This document shows, one piece after another, positions 13,401 to 26,366 of a DNA stretch of 64,000 bases. Source of the stretch: Narcine bancroftii (taxonomy: Eukaryota); contig NC_091470.1 in NCBI RefSeq assembly GCF_036971445.1, positions 157,356,001 to 157,420,000 of the forward strand, read 5' to 3'. Numbering within the stretch: the first letter of the stretch is position 1; every line of letters starts with the position of its first letter. The position numbers and the translations under genes are program-made. The notes under the pieces were generated by a model. It was not told the DNA's origin, ran no database searches, and worked only from the letters and a program-made list of their open reading frames with translations.

Positions 13401-14039
13401 TTTTTATGGTGAAGTAATAAAAATGTAGACTGGGTAGATGAAATTATGTTAGAAGTATTGGAAAAGATTAATGGATAGGTTGGCCCAAATAGCCTGTTTG
13501 AATGCTGGAAACTCTGAGCTGCATGTGAAGGAGCAAGATGGACAAGATATTCAGATCTTTGTTATTCTAATATCTCCCATGAGCAAATGACCATAGATAT
13601 TCTTCACTCAATCACAGAATTTTTAAAAAATTTGTAGAAAGTAGAAATATATTTTTGCTTATATTTCTTTAACTACAATTTGTTATTTAATTGTTTAACT
13701 GTACAGATGAGAACTTCCAATATTTTTGTGCCAAGCAGAAAATAGCCAGTGTGGTTGAAAGGTTCTGTGTGTGTATGAAGATCAACACATCATTCAAGTA
13801 AGTCTGCATATGTGCTCAAGAGGGAGGGCAGAATCACAGGCCAGCTCCAAACTTTCTGTAATTCAGTGCATTGCTGAGAGCCTCATAGAAGAGCTGATGG
13901 ACCTATTGCACATATACAGTATTTTCTATTATTTTCATTTATATTAGCTGTAGTATTTCCTGGTAATCAAATGAAGGTTTATTATTCCAGTTATTTTTCC
14001 TGTAGATGTTAATGCACAAGGGTATGTCTCTGTTTTCGC

Positions 14040-14357
14040 TACTGCCATCAGGAAAGCGGTATAGATACCACAAGACTCATACCACCAGGTAAAAGAACAG
14101 CTGCTACCCTTCCATCATCAGTCTCCTCAACGACAAACTCATTCAGAGGCTCATTTAAAGACTCTTATTTGTGCATTTTATTGATTTTCTTTTTTATTAT
14201 TTTATTCCGTGTACAGTTCTCTATTTGTTTACATGTATACACTAGGTATAGTTTTTTCTGCACTACCAATTAGTCGTAATTCTGCCATGCCCACAGGAAA
14301 AAGAATCTCAGCGATGTATGTGATGCCATGTATGTACTATGACAATAAATTTGAAAT
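14040..14357 (+). mobile_element. Rex1/Babar-like LINE 3' end
   Basis: LPSGKRYRYHKTHTTR motif; ends with gacaataaa. Confidence 0.55.
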
Positions 14358-15052
14358 CTCCACAAACAATCACTACCAGCAAAAAATAAATTATTGAACA
14401 ATGAAAAACAGTCTTACTCTCATTTGGTAAGCTGGTCCTCTGTTATATATTTTTCTCCATTATGAAGCATTAACTATTACCTTAATGAGACATCCCACGA
14501 ACTTGGGAGCATTTGGTACAAATCCAGTCTGAACCTCCAAATCTGTTTGAGAATACAAATTTACATCATCAATTAAAATTATATACCTTATTGATTAAGA
14601 ACAAAGACATGCTTGATGTTATATATCCAGCAAAGACTATTATATACTTTAACCCCTTGCCATCTAAAGCCAAACGTGAATAATCTACCTTCCAATTAAG
14701 AGTTGACATTTGGCCAAGGTATCAGAGCTTTACTTGCATCCATGAAACTGTACTCAAGATCAATTTAAAGCTTCTGGCTATCCAGTTACAATGCACTCTG
14801 CTCTATACTACAATGATGGGGAGACAAGATGTGCAGTTTTACAACTGGAAATCAGACTAATATTCCTTGCCAAGAGACCTAGAAATAATATGAAAGTAGT
14901 TAAATTTGAAAACTGGCCTCAAAATGGAAATGGATGAAGAGCTGAAAGAGAAAATAAATTTCAGGGTTAAACAGAAATTGCAAGGAAGTAGAATAAATTT
15001 TGGGTGTCATAGCAATTATACTATCAGAGATGCTACCTTGCAACTCCAGTGA

Positions 15053-15218
15053 CCCTGGTTCCATGGCACTCTTTCATTCTATCTGCGATGGTTTTCCTCT
15101 GGGTTTTCTGATTTCCACCCACATCCTAAAGATAGCCCTGGTTCCATGGCACTCTTTCATTCTATCTGTGATGGTTTTCCTCTGGGTTTTCTGATTTCCA
15201 CCCACATCCTAAAGATAG
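15053..15218. repeat. 83-bp tandem duplication inside a SINE-like relic
   Basis: 15053-15135 repeated at 15136-15218 with one mismatch. Confidence 0.95.
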
Positions 15219-15580
15219 GTGGGTCGATAGGTTATTTGGCCATTCTAAATTGACCCCTTTGAGTAGGTAAGTGGTAGAATCCAAAAGGGTTGTTGGGAAT
15301 GTGATGAGAACAAAATGGGATTGTGTGATCTTGTGAGGATAAAGGGCCTCTTTATTGATGTATGAGTTTACCATTCTATGAATTGTACAAATGCCTCGAG
15401 GAGATAGTAGTGATTGACTTATTTAGGTCTAGAACTCAGATGGAGCCTCAGACATTCATTGCAGTAGAGACAAGAACATAATGAAAGGATAATAATGCTG
15501 TTTTTGAGCTTTACTAGTTATGCATTTCCAAACTGATTAATGAAGCAAACCTTGGGAAAAGCTGGTTGAATGTTCCTTAA

Positions 15581-17199
15581 CTGCCTCAGGATCTTCGTGA
15601 TGCCACCATCATCACCCTGTGCAAAAACAAAGGCGAGAAATCAGACTGCTCAAACTACAGGGGCATCACGCTGCTCTCCATTGCAGGCAAAATCTTCGCT
15701 AGGATTCTACTAAATAGAATAATACCTAGTGTCGCCGAGAATATTCTCCCAGAATCACAGTGCGGCTTTCGCGCAAACAGAGGAACTACTGACATGGTCT
15801 TTGCCCTCAGACAGCTCCAAGAAAAGTGCAGAGAACAAAACAAAGGACTCTACATCACCTTTGTTGACCTCACCAAAGCATTCGACACCGTAAGCAGGAA
15901 AGGGCTTTGGCAAATACTAGAGCGCATCGGATGTCCCCCAAAGTTCCTCAACATGATTATCCAACTGCACGAAAACCAACAAGGTCGGGTCAGATACAGC
16001 AATGAGCTCTCTGAACCCTTCTCCATTAACAATGGCGTGAAGCAAGGCTGTGTTCTCGCACCAACCCTCTTTTCAATCTTCTTCAGCATGATGCTGAACC
16101 AAGCCATGAAAGACCCCAACAATGAAGACGCTGTTTACATCCGGTACCGCACGGATGGCAGTCTCTTCAATCTGAGGCGCCTGGAAGCTCACACCAAGAC
16201 ACAAGAGAAACTTGTCCGTGAACTACTCTTTGCAGACGATGCCGCTTTAGTTGCCCATTCAGAGCCAGCTCTTCAGCGCTTGACGTCCTGCTTTGCGGAA
16301 ACTGCCAAAATGTTTGGCCTGGAAGTCAGCCTGAAGAAAACTGAGGTCCTCCATCAGCCAGCCCCCCCACATCTCCATCGGGCACACAAAACTCAAAACG
16401 GTCAACCAGTTTACCTATCTCGGCTGCACCATTTCATCAGATGCAAGGATCGACAATGAGATAGACAACAGACTCGCCAAGGCAAATAGCGCCTTTGGAA
16501 GACTACACAAAAGAGTCTGGAAAAACACCCAACTGAAAAACCTCACAAAGATAAGCATATACAGAGCCGTTGTCATACCCACACTCCTGTTCGGCTCCGA
16601 ATCATGGGTCCTCTACCGGCATCACCTACGGCTCCTAGAACGCTTCCACCAGCGTTGTCTCCGCTCCATCCTCAACATCCATTGGAGCGCTTTCATCCCT
16701 AACATCGAAGTACTCGAGATGGCAGAGGTCGACAGCATCGAGTCCACGCTGCTGAAGATCCAGCTGCGCTGGGTGGGTCACGTCTCCAGAATGGAGGACC
16801 ATCACCTTCCCAAGATCGTGTTATATGGCGAGCTCTCCACTGGCCACCGTGACAGAGGTGCACCAAAGAAAAGGTACAAGGACTGCCTAAAGAAATCTCT
16901 TGGTGCCTGCCACATTGACCACCGCCAGTGGGCTGATATCGCCTCAAACCGTACATCTTGGCGCCTCACAATTTGGCGGGCAGCAACCTCCTTTGAAGAA
17001 GACCGCAGAGCCCACCTCACTGACAAAAGGCAAAGGAGGAAAAACCCAACACCCAACCCCAACCAACCAATTTTCCCCTGCAGCCGCTGCAACCGTGTCT
17101 GCCTGTCCCGCATCGGACTGGTCAGCCACAAACGAGCCTGCAGCTGACGTGGACTTTTACCCCCTCCATAAATCTTCGTCCGCGAAGCCAAGCCAAAGA
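15581..17199 (+). mobile_element. RTE-clade LINE, 5'-truncated copy 2 (frameshifted)
   Basis: RT motifs ([20 protein letters not shown]); 20-bp deletion near 16362; perfect 42-bp TSD (15539-15580 / 17200-17241). Confidence 0.97.
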
Positions 17200-18742
17200 A
17201 ATGAAGCAAACCTTGGGAAAAGCTGGTTGAATGTTCCTTAATTTGGGGAAGGTGCATGGCACTAAAAAGGGAAATCTAATGTAATTAAAAAGATATTGCC
17301 ACAAAACATGAAAAACAATTGAGGTGAAGGGCAACTTTCTGCTAGGTCTCAGCTCTGTCAAAAGTCTAATGTTGTGTTGTTTTCTATTAGTAAATCCTAT
17401 TAAAATGGTGGGCCTGCAGGCTCAGCCACATTCATTATTCCCTAGTTATTCAAGTATGTTGATGTAGCGAATACATATACATATATGTGAATGTATTCTG
17501 TACATATACATGTACACAAGAAACACCAAATACAGTCCAAGTGTCCAGAAGCTGAGATGTACATATGGAATGCAGGGATTCAAAACCAGCTTATGAATAT
17601 ATGAGCAGGAAATTTGTACATTGGTTTAGCTACCACAGTAGAGTGTTGCCCCACTTTAAAGAATGTGAAGATCTAAGGCAAGGTACAAAAACCATTACTA
17701 GAATAGTTCCAAGCTTGAGTGATATGAATGGAGAAGCTCTTGTGGGAACAAAATAGATTGACAAGTGCTTTGATTGAGATGATGCAAGATTATGACTGGT
17801 TTATAAACTAAGGAACACAGATTTAACATTCTGGAGCAAGATACTAAAAAAGGTTGAGGGAAGGAAAAGTTTGTGCCTCACTACCCACAGAGTGGTGAAA
17901 ACAGGATTGGTGTCTTTAGACAAGAAATAGGTGGACACTGGAGAAAGCTTATACTCTGAAATAAAATTTAAGAAAAGAATTTAAAAAGATGTATCAGAAT
18001 TTGTAAAAGTTCAGGCCCCAATTATGAGAAAAGTGTGGGAAATTAGACTGATGGAAATATCCTGTAAGGAGTTGAGATACAGTAGATGGACATGTTGTGT
18101 CCTATTGGAAGAGCTGATTGAATCTCTAAAATACCAATCTAAGTAGAAGGCAGAAAACAGAAAAATGAATTTACAAACATGGTCCCAAAGGAGGGTGTCC
18201 TAATGTATTTGATAGGCATGGGAGCTGATCTGGGCTCCATTACATCTTCAAGAATGCATGGGCTGCAGTAATGTGGGGCCTAGATTACAGGTCTAAGAAC
18301 ATGAGCTTGAATCCAAATAAAATTTAGGACTTAAAAAATACCATGCAAGTTGAAGCTTCCACAGTGTCACTGCTATTCTTCCTTGCTGTATGTGTGACTC
18401 CAGGCCCCCTGCTGTGGCTAACACTTCATACCTTCTCAGTCTAAATGGAAAATAATGGATGCATAACACTTCAACAGGGAGCATAGGGCACATTTATGGG
18501 GGAATCATGGACTGAAACCATAAAATGTTTTCATGTCATCGGAAGGAGAAAAATATAGAAGAAACCAACTAAATGACACTGCTTCACAGGGAAGAAGGTT
18601 CATAAACTTTGACTAGAGTCTGAAGGAGGCTATTGCCCCCCAAAAAAGTTGAAAACCACTTCACTGGACCACAGTCCAACTTACCTTACTTAATCTATTG
18701 CAGGTGCTGATCCCAAGATTCAAGGATCCAAAGGCAAAGAGA

Positions 18743-19675
18743 ATGGAATTTCGGAGTTCAGTCCAGCTCATCATTTATGGTATTCTGGTGTTTCTGGGGA
18801 TTCTAAGCAATTTGCTGGTGTTGGTGACCATATTAGCCACAACTGTAGAACACCATGGCCTGGCACCTTTTGACATCATTCTTGCCAACTTTGCAACTGT
18901 CAACCTACTGATTTGCACATTTCGAAACATCCTATTGTTTATTTCAGAGTTGGGGGTGAAAATTTCCCTCACCCTTAACTGGTGCAGAGTGTTCATGTTC
19001 CTTTGGTTGTGGCTAAAGTGCGTTAGCGTCTGGGTCACTTTTTGTCTCAGTTGCTTCCATTTTCTGAAGATAAAACAACATTTGCATCTGAGCACAAGGA
19101 TGAAGGAGATCTTCACTGTGATTAAGCTATTATCTGCAGTATGGCTTGTTAATTTTCTGTACTCCATTCCAGCTTTTATTTACACTGAGAAGGTTAGCAT
19201 GAATCACACCAAGAAGCTCATGCTGGTCAGTACCACCGATGAATCTTTCCTAACCTGTTCCTTGAAGTTCCCCACTAGGCAAGACGGTCTCCTATTTATA
19301 GCTGTATCTCTTATCCTGCATGAATTTCTTCCCATTGTCCTAATGATTTGCACCAATGTCAGCACCGTGCATTATCTCAACCAGCACATCAGAGAGATAG
19401 CAGATGATCACCTGCACAGTGTGCAGGTCGAGCGAACAGCAGTGAAGATGATCATGGCATTGGTGTCATTGTTTGTCCTGTGTTCAGGCACACACCTATT
19501 GGCCGTGTACTACTACAATCACAATGAGGGCCCGGCCACTACCTTATTGCTAACTTTAGCTAACTACTGTGCCTCTGTTTTCATTGGTTTCAGTCCCCTG
19601 ATGCTGGCCGCTGGGCACAGTAGACTACGAAATAAAGTGTGTAACGTGTTGCATATTAACATATCAGCAGGTTAA
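18743..19675 (+). CDS. Olfactory receptor class A (ORA/V1R-like), ORA3/ORA4 clade, 310 aa, single coding exon
   Basis: Seven hydrophobic segments; ORA3/4 motifs (RNILLFISELG, WCRVFMFLWLW, HEFLPIVLM, YYNHN, FSPLMLAAGHSRLR); splice-acceptor-like site at 18703 upstream of the ATG. Confidence 0.9.
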   Translation: MEFRSSVQLIIYGILVFLGILSNLLVLVTILATTVEHHGLAPFDIILANFATVNLLICTFRNILLFISELGVKISLTLNWCRVFMFLWLWLKCVSVWVTFCLSCFHFLKIKQHLHLSTRMKEIFTVIKLLSAVWLVNFLYSIPAFIYTEKVSMNHTKKLMLVSTTDESFLTCSLKFPTRQDGLLFIAVSLILHEFLPIVLMICTNVSTVHYLNQHIREIADDHLHSVQVERTAVKMIMALVSLFVLCSGTHLLAVYYYNHNEGPATTLLLTLANYCASVFIGFSPLMLAAGHSRLRNKVCNVLHINISAG

Positions 19676-19682
19676 GCTTTTC

Positions 19683-20068
19683 TTTTTCAATATTTTTATT
19701 AACATTGAAATTTCACATCCAAAAATACAGAGTATACGAATGAATATATGTTAAAAATCAAAAAGATATATTACACTTAAATCATATAATTTCATCTAAA
19801 ATACCCCACATTTTAATCAAATAGATTATACTGTATTATAATTTTATTATAAAAATAGTCTAAACCGACTACCAAGAAAGAAGTTGGCCAAAGAAAAAAG
19901 GAAAGTAGAATTCTTATTAGTGATAAATTACCTCATCAGTCAACAGTTCTACCTTCATAACAAATCAAAGATTATGAAAGTAATTCAGAAAAGATCCCCA
20001 CAGAGTTTGAAAATTTGAATTCAAATTGGAAATTGAGCATCTAATCTTCTCTAAATTTAAACATGACA
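19683..20068 (-). mobile_element. L1-clade LINE 3' fragment directly after the ORA stop codon
   Basis: Minus strand encodes MSCLNLEKIRCS...FQTLWGSFLNYF*, an L1/Tx1 ORF2 C-terminus; T-rich tail on + strand. Confidence 0.7.
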
Positions 20069-21839
20069 TAACCTTTTCCTTTACAACTCCAGATCTTAAC
20101 AGGCAGGGCCAAGCTTTAAGTGTCCAAGTGTTGTGGTAATGAAAGCACACGGTCAGTATCCTGCCAGTCATCTTGTATTTGAGTTTGTGGGACTCTCTAA
20201 CCCATTTTCTCTTCTGTGTTATGTCCTGCTCCATCCTTATGTGGGGTCGTGAGTGAAAAATACCTTGAACCTCTTTTCTTCTCTGCCTTTCTCCCTTTAC
20301 TCTCCAATTAAAGTCTTGACTCCACTTTAAACATCTTTGTGCCATCTTAGTCAAACGAAAGCTGAGCTGAAGAAAGAAACAATCTGCTGGAAGAGTTTGA
20401 GTCAAAAGAGGCTGCAGATGCTGGTGACCAGCTGATCCTTGTTCAGACTCCCAGATCTGCCATTCTTGGGCTCCTGATGAACTTCACACCTGTAAAATTA
20501 TGTTGTCTTTGCTCTGTACTCTGTAACTTTGCACTGTGTCTTACTTTCTGTACTATGTTTTAGATTTTCAGATGAACTGCTTGCAAAATTAACCTTTTCA
20601 CTGCATCTTGGTATCTGTCTATACACTGAACTTTGTCTAGCCAAGTACCTAGAGCACTGAAGCAAAGAGTATAGGAAAAACTAAAGATAGAATTCCCCTT
20701 CAATCTTCTGTGTATGTATGTCAACTGGCCCAAGGATGTAGTGTCAAAAGGTTGTGTGTTTAACTTCATGTCAAAGATCTCAGCACATCATCCATAGTTC
20801 AAACAGTTCATGGGGGTACTGAAGGGGGAAGTGCTCTTTTTCAAGCCTGACCATGTTGAGATCCAGATGGTGGCACTATTTTTATGGAAAGTAGAGATTC
20901 CCTGGTGTCTGGATCAATGTTTATTCCTCAAAATCCATCACTAAAGCAGATTGTCTAGGATCATCTTGTTGGTGTGCAAATTTGCTGTTGGGTTGTACCT
21001 ACGAGAGGGTGCCACGGTTGGCCTCCGATGGGGAGTTCAAAAGAAGACTATGAACGTACAGATTTCTTTAAATAAATTATTTTAGCCAGAGGGTTCAGGA
21101 TTTGTGAAATTCATTTCCAGATACAGATGTGGAGGCTGGATTATGATTGACAGATATCTAATTAGTCAAAGTATCAAAGGATATGGGGAAAAGACCAGAA
21201 CTTGGAACTAGATGTGAGAACAGTTTAGCTCAGGGTGGATTTTCAGACTCAATGGGTTGAATTGGCTATTTCTGTTCCTTTATCTTGTGATCCAGTGCTC
21301 TGAATAAACCAACCTCTGACTGTGACAGATGCCAGGCAATGCTAATAGTGAATTTTACATTTCCATTTTATTACATAACAATAAATGGGATCTGATCTGG
21401 TAACTGTTTCAGCAGAGGGAAGAATGAATCAAATTTGCCAAAAAGTTAAAGCAGGAAAAGGCCATTTGGCCAATCAAATCTGTGACAGTCCAGCCAAGCA
21501 ATCCATCTTATCCCTCTCCTTCCATTGCACTGTGAATTCTTTAGATTCAAGTACTGTATTTATCTCGCTTCCTACTGAACACTACAATTGAACTTGTCTC
21601 TACACCTCGCTGTCCTTGACCCCACAATGTGCAAAACCTGCATGAAGAACAATTTCTTAAGGGATCAGTGACTTCTCCATACCTGATTCTGTACACACCT
21701 ACATAAAACATAACTTTACATTCATTCTTTCTGACCAGTGACTAGCATTGCCTCCTCTACACCCCACTTTTTAGTGGCGTGCAAGCACTTGTTTTTAACC
21801 AGGAGGCACTGCCACCTTATCAAAACATAAAAGTAACCA

Positions 21840-22260
21840 GATAACCATTTATGGAGTGGAAACAGGCCACGTTGGCCCTTCCGAGTCCGCACCGGTTCAC
21901 TCGAACAACTCCACTAGCTCAACCCTCCCGCTCTCCGTCCATAACCCTCCAACCCCCTCACCTCCAACCTTCTCTTAAATGACAGAAGGGATCCTGCTGC
22001 AACAACTTCAACATAACATCCCAGTGCCATGATTTATGAAAGTTAAGATGCCAAAAGCATGCTTTCCAACCCTGAAGAGAGAACAAGCATCTGTAATCCC
22101 AGATCTTTGCTCTTCCACAGTCATGAATGTGCATGTCCTACCTTTGTTGTCCATTCCAAAATGCAACCCCTCACATTTGTCTGCATCAAACTTCATCTGG
22201 GCATTTTTGGCCCATTCTCCCAGTTGGTCCAAATCCCTCTGGAAACTTAGAAAGCTTCCT
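21840..22260 (-). mobile_element. CR1-like LINE fragments
   Basis: Remnant DQLGEWAKNAQMKFDADKCEGLHFG peptide plus a 3' tail shared with 51266-51320. Confidence 0.65.
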
Positions 22261-23253
22261 TCTTTCTGTCCTCAGCAAATCTTTTGATCTAATTCACCAC
22301 ATTTTTGTCAATATCATTGATATGGATGACAAACCGCACATAACCACGGTTGCAACACAGATTCCCAAGGCACATGTCTCCCCATGTATCAAATAATTTT
22401 GTGTTTGTGAAATGCAAGTATATGTAAATATGTACTGATAATACATCTTTCGTGACAGGATGATGCTTCATTTTAGTGCTTTCTTAGAGAACATTCTATA
22501 ATGAGTCTATTAGCTCCATCTTGTGTTTCAATAAGGACTAGCTGCTGTTTCCCCATTATAGAAAATACATTTAAAAGGAAAAACTGAAAAAGCTTAAGTA
22601 ATAAGTCAATAAATTCAACATGGCAATTCAGTAACTTATTTGAAAATGAACACGTTAAAGCACCATGAACAAAATAAAACAGAATGGACAGAACGTTGTA
22701 TTGCATTGATGGGTCAATAGGTAGAAATCAAAACAAACTGTGGTAAAATTGTACTGCTCAGCATCGAGCATTGGGCAACGATTGGTCAAAAGGGCAGAAG
22801 TGAAACATTCAATTTCCAGAGATTTTGAAGAGAAGAACCACAAATCCTAATTATGAGAAGGTGGCTATTATTATTTTGGGGAAAGATTGGTGCTTTTAGA
22901 ATTTGTGTTTAAATGAGAAAATTTTTATATATGACATGGAAAGATGTGCACAAAACTGGAACCAGCTTGTAAAGAATACCAAGAGCTAAAAATGGGTTAA
23001 AACTAGTGAAAGAAATAGGACAAGTATCACGAAGCATTTCATCATGAAAAGAACAAGTTCAAATTTATTATCAGAGTACAAACATGACATCACATACAAT
23101 ACTGAAATTAATTTTTCCGTGGGCTCGGCAGAATTTCTACTTATCGGTAGTGCAAAAAATTTACTCCAAGAACAAAATAATTTCAGGATCTTTAAAATAA
23201 AATCAAAGAACGTAATAGGTTTGTGTGTTTTATTCTTATTTTATTCTTAGGTA

Positions 23254-23849
23254 GTTCGGCTCTGAATCTTGGGTCCTCTACTGGCATCACCTACGGCTCC
23301 TAGAACGCTTCCATCCTGTCCTCAACATTCATTGGAGTGACTTCATCACCAACATCGAAGTACTCGAACTGGCAAGAGTCCGCAAGCATCGAATCCACGC
23401 TGCTGAAGACCCAACTGCGTTGGGTGGGTCACGTCTCCAGAATGGAGGACCATCACCTTCCCAAGATCGTGTTCTATGGCGAGCTCTCCACTGGCCACCG
23501 AAACAGAGGCGCACCAAAGAAGAGGTACAAGGACTGCTTAAAGAAATCTCTTGGTGCCTGCCACAATGACCCCCGCCAGTGGGCTGATCTCGCCTCCAAC
23601 CGTGCATCTTGGCGCCTCACAGTTCGGCGGGCAGCAACCTCCTTTGAAGAAGACCACAGAGCCCACCTCACTGACAAAAGACAAAGGAGGAAAAACCCAA
23701 CACCCAACCCCAACCCACCAATTTTCCCTTGCAACCGCTGCAACCGTGCCTGCCTGTCTCGCATCGGACTTGTCAGTCACCAACGAGCCTGCAGCAGACT
23801 TGGACATACCCCTCCATAAATCTTTGTCCGCAAAGCCAAGCCAAAGAAA
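23254..23849 (+). mobile_element. RTE-clade LINE, older 5'-truncated copy 3
   Basis: Same C-terminal ORF, more diverged, with an internal deletion. Confidence 0.93.
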
Positions 23850-25513
23850 AGTCCTTCATGGTTGAATATGACTTGCTTCCACTCCACTTCTGTGGCTGAT
23901 AATCCCACTCCAAACTCTACAAACCATGCCACAGATGGGCAAATGGAACTCATCAGAGCAATTTGGGGTGTTCCATCAGAACAGCCTTAATATAGAAGCT
24001 TGAGGTGTTTCATGCCATCCTGGATGTTTCTTCTCTACTGTACAAAGTCATGGCTAGGAATTCCTGTGAGTTGGAGGTGATGGGATTTTTTTTTCAGATA
24101 ATGATATTATTTTGGATATTAAAGGAATGAAGAAGCAGTGCAGAAAAATAGTGTGGAGGTAATAGGTCAGCCATAACCACAATGAATGGCAGAAGAGGCA
24201 TGAGGGATTAAATGTTTCTAATGTACGTGTGAGAGCATTTTATCTACGGTATGTGCCTATCTCTTGCCATGCACTTAATGGGAGTATGGTATCAGGCCTG
24301 TGGCCCAGCCACCAGTGTGACCAGAGCCTCCATGTTAGGGATCTGAGTGGACCCTAATGATTGCTCAGCTACGTTGCCAACAAATTTGTGACATCCTTTG
24401 CAGCACTTCAGAGCCCTACTGAAGATTTTTCTCCAGCATTCCAGAAGATAGAGACATGCCCCAGACATGAGCTTGTCTGTTCCACGTTTTAAAAATATAT
24501 TTGTTCACAGAATTCTTCTGGATTGCCTCCTATCACAATATCTATTTTCTTACGTGGGGTCCAAAATTGTGCACAGTATTCCAGGACAGTCTCATCAACA
24601 CACTGTACAATTGTGACACTGGTTCTCTATTTTTAGGCACCAACCCTCAAGTGGGCCAATGTGCCATTTGCTTTCTATATTTTTATACACAAAAACAATA
24701 AAATCATGCGGTAACTCCATTCATTTATCTCTTTTCTGTTTAGATAACAGTTTGCCTTTTGGTTCCTCATAACAAAATGTATAACCCGTTTTCTAACATT
24801 AAACTTCATTTACTCAGCACTTGCCCATTCACTCACTATATACTGTTCCAACATGCAAATATCTTCATTGCAGCATGCCTTCCTATCTACTCTGGGGTCA
24901 TGCCTATAAATTTGACTAAGATTATCCCTCATTATTCTCATTTCCAAAAATCAACAAAATTACTATTCATTCTGTCCCTTTCTCCAAGTCATAATTATGA
25001 CTAGTAAACAGTTGTAGGGCATTCCGCTAGTCTAAACTCAGCAATCAGAAAGTGACTCATTTAATCCAAATGTTTGTCATCTATTCGATAACCAATCTTC
25101 AATCTATGTAAACACACTTACCCAATTCTATGATTTTACGTATTGCCAAAAACAATTCTGGGCTGTTCTTTGAAAAATTTGCTGATTTGAAAGGAGTTTA
25201 AATTGTCAAAGATTGAGAATTAGATAGGCAATAAAACAAGAAATTAAAATGGCAAAGTCATTAAATATGGCGAAGATTGGGAAGAGATTGTTAGGTCCCC
25301 TCCCATGTATCTCTCTTTTGCTTTCTCTCTTTCAAGATTGTAAATGAGGCAAGATTATATTAGATTGGAAAAGAGGGAACATGAATTCAGAGAGGTTGAC
25401 CCAAGATAAAATGGATTTTGGGTGAGACAAATTAAGATTGAGAGTTGTTGAGATGAGATAGAATGGATCCTTTTGGAGGCAAATTGGAATAAAACAAGTT
25501 GAGTTGGGATAGT

Positions 25514-25880
25514 GCAAAACACAAAAATGCTGGAGAAACTCAGCAGGTCACACAGTGCCATAGGAAGCAATGTTTCAGGTCTGATCCCTTTGACAGGTAT
25601 GAGAAGAAAGCAGACAGACACCTGAATAAAAATGTCAGGGAGGAGGGAAGAAGGAGCAGGGAAGGAGCATAGATAAACAGGTAAGAGGTCATAGGTGGAT
25701 ATAGGTGGGGGGGGGGGAACAGAAGAGAAAAAAAAAGCTGAGGTGATAGGTGGAGGGATAGGATTCTGAATGGAGAGGGAAAGGGTTGGGAACTGGAGGA
25801 AAGGAGAGGAGATAGGGAAAGTGAGTGAGAAAGAGAAAAAAAGGAGGGAGGGGAGGGGCCTAACAGAAACTGTACAGTTG
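25514..25880. mobile_element. Penelope-like repeat fragment with purine-rich tract
   Basis: atgctggagaaactcagcaggtc motif recurs near 28920, 29220, 35840, 43750 and 57090; the family name is inferred. Confidence 0.5.
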
Positions 25881-25889
25881 GCATGTCAT

Positions 25890-26358
25890 TAAAAAATTGG
25901 AGCAGGAGTAGGCCATCTGACCCATCAAGCCTACACTGCCATTCAGTAATGATGGACTCATCTCCCTTTACTGTACCTACCTTTTCCCCATATCCCTTAA
26001 TTACCCTATTATGTAAACATTTATCCAACTTGGACAAATATTTTACTGAGGAAACCTCCACTGCTTCAATGGGCAGCAAATTCCACAGATTCACCACCCT
26101 CTGGGAAAAGCAGTTCCTCATCTCTGTCTAAAATCTACCTCCCTGAATCTTGAGGCTATGTCCCCTAGTTCTGGCCTCCCCCACCAATGGAAACAATTTC
26201 CCTGCAGATAGTTTGTACATTCTTATCTTTCATAAGATCCCCTCTTTCTTCTAAATTCTAGTGGGCTAACCCCTTCATCCCTGGAATCAACCTGGTGAAC
26301 CTCCCCTGCAATGCTTCCAAAGCCAGCACACCCTTCCTCAAATAAGGAGACCAGAACA
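25890..26358 (-). mobile_element. CR1-like LINE 3' end
   Basis: MRNCFSQRVVNLWNLLP...LDK..KGYG peptide. Confidence 0.8.
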
Positions 26359-26366
26359 GGTTGGAG

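Noticed and set aside
18698-18742. N-terminal extension of the ORA ORF from a TTG start
   Set aside because: It overlaps an acceptor-like sequence; the first ATG at 18743 gives a normal receptor length
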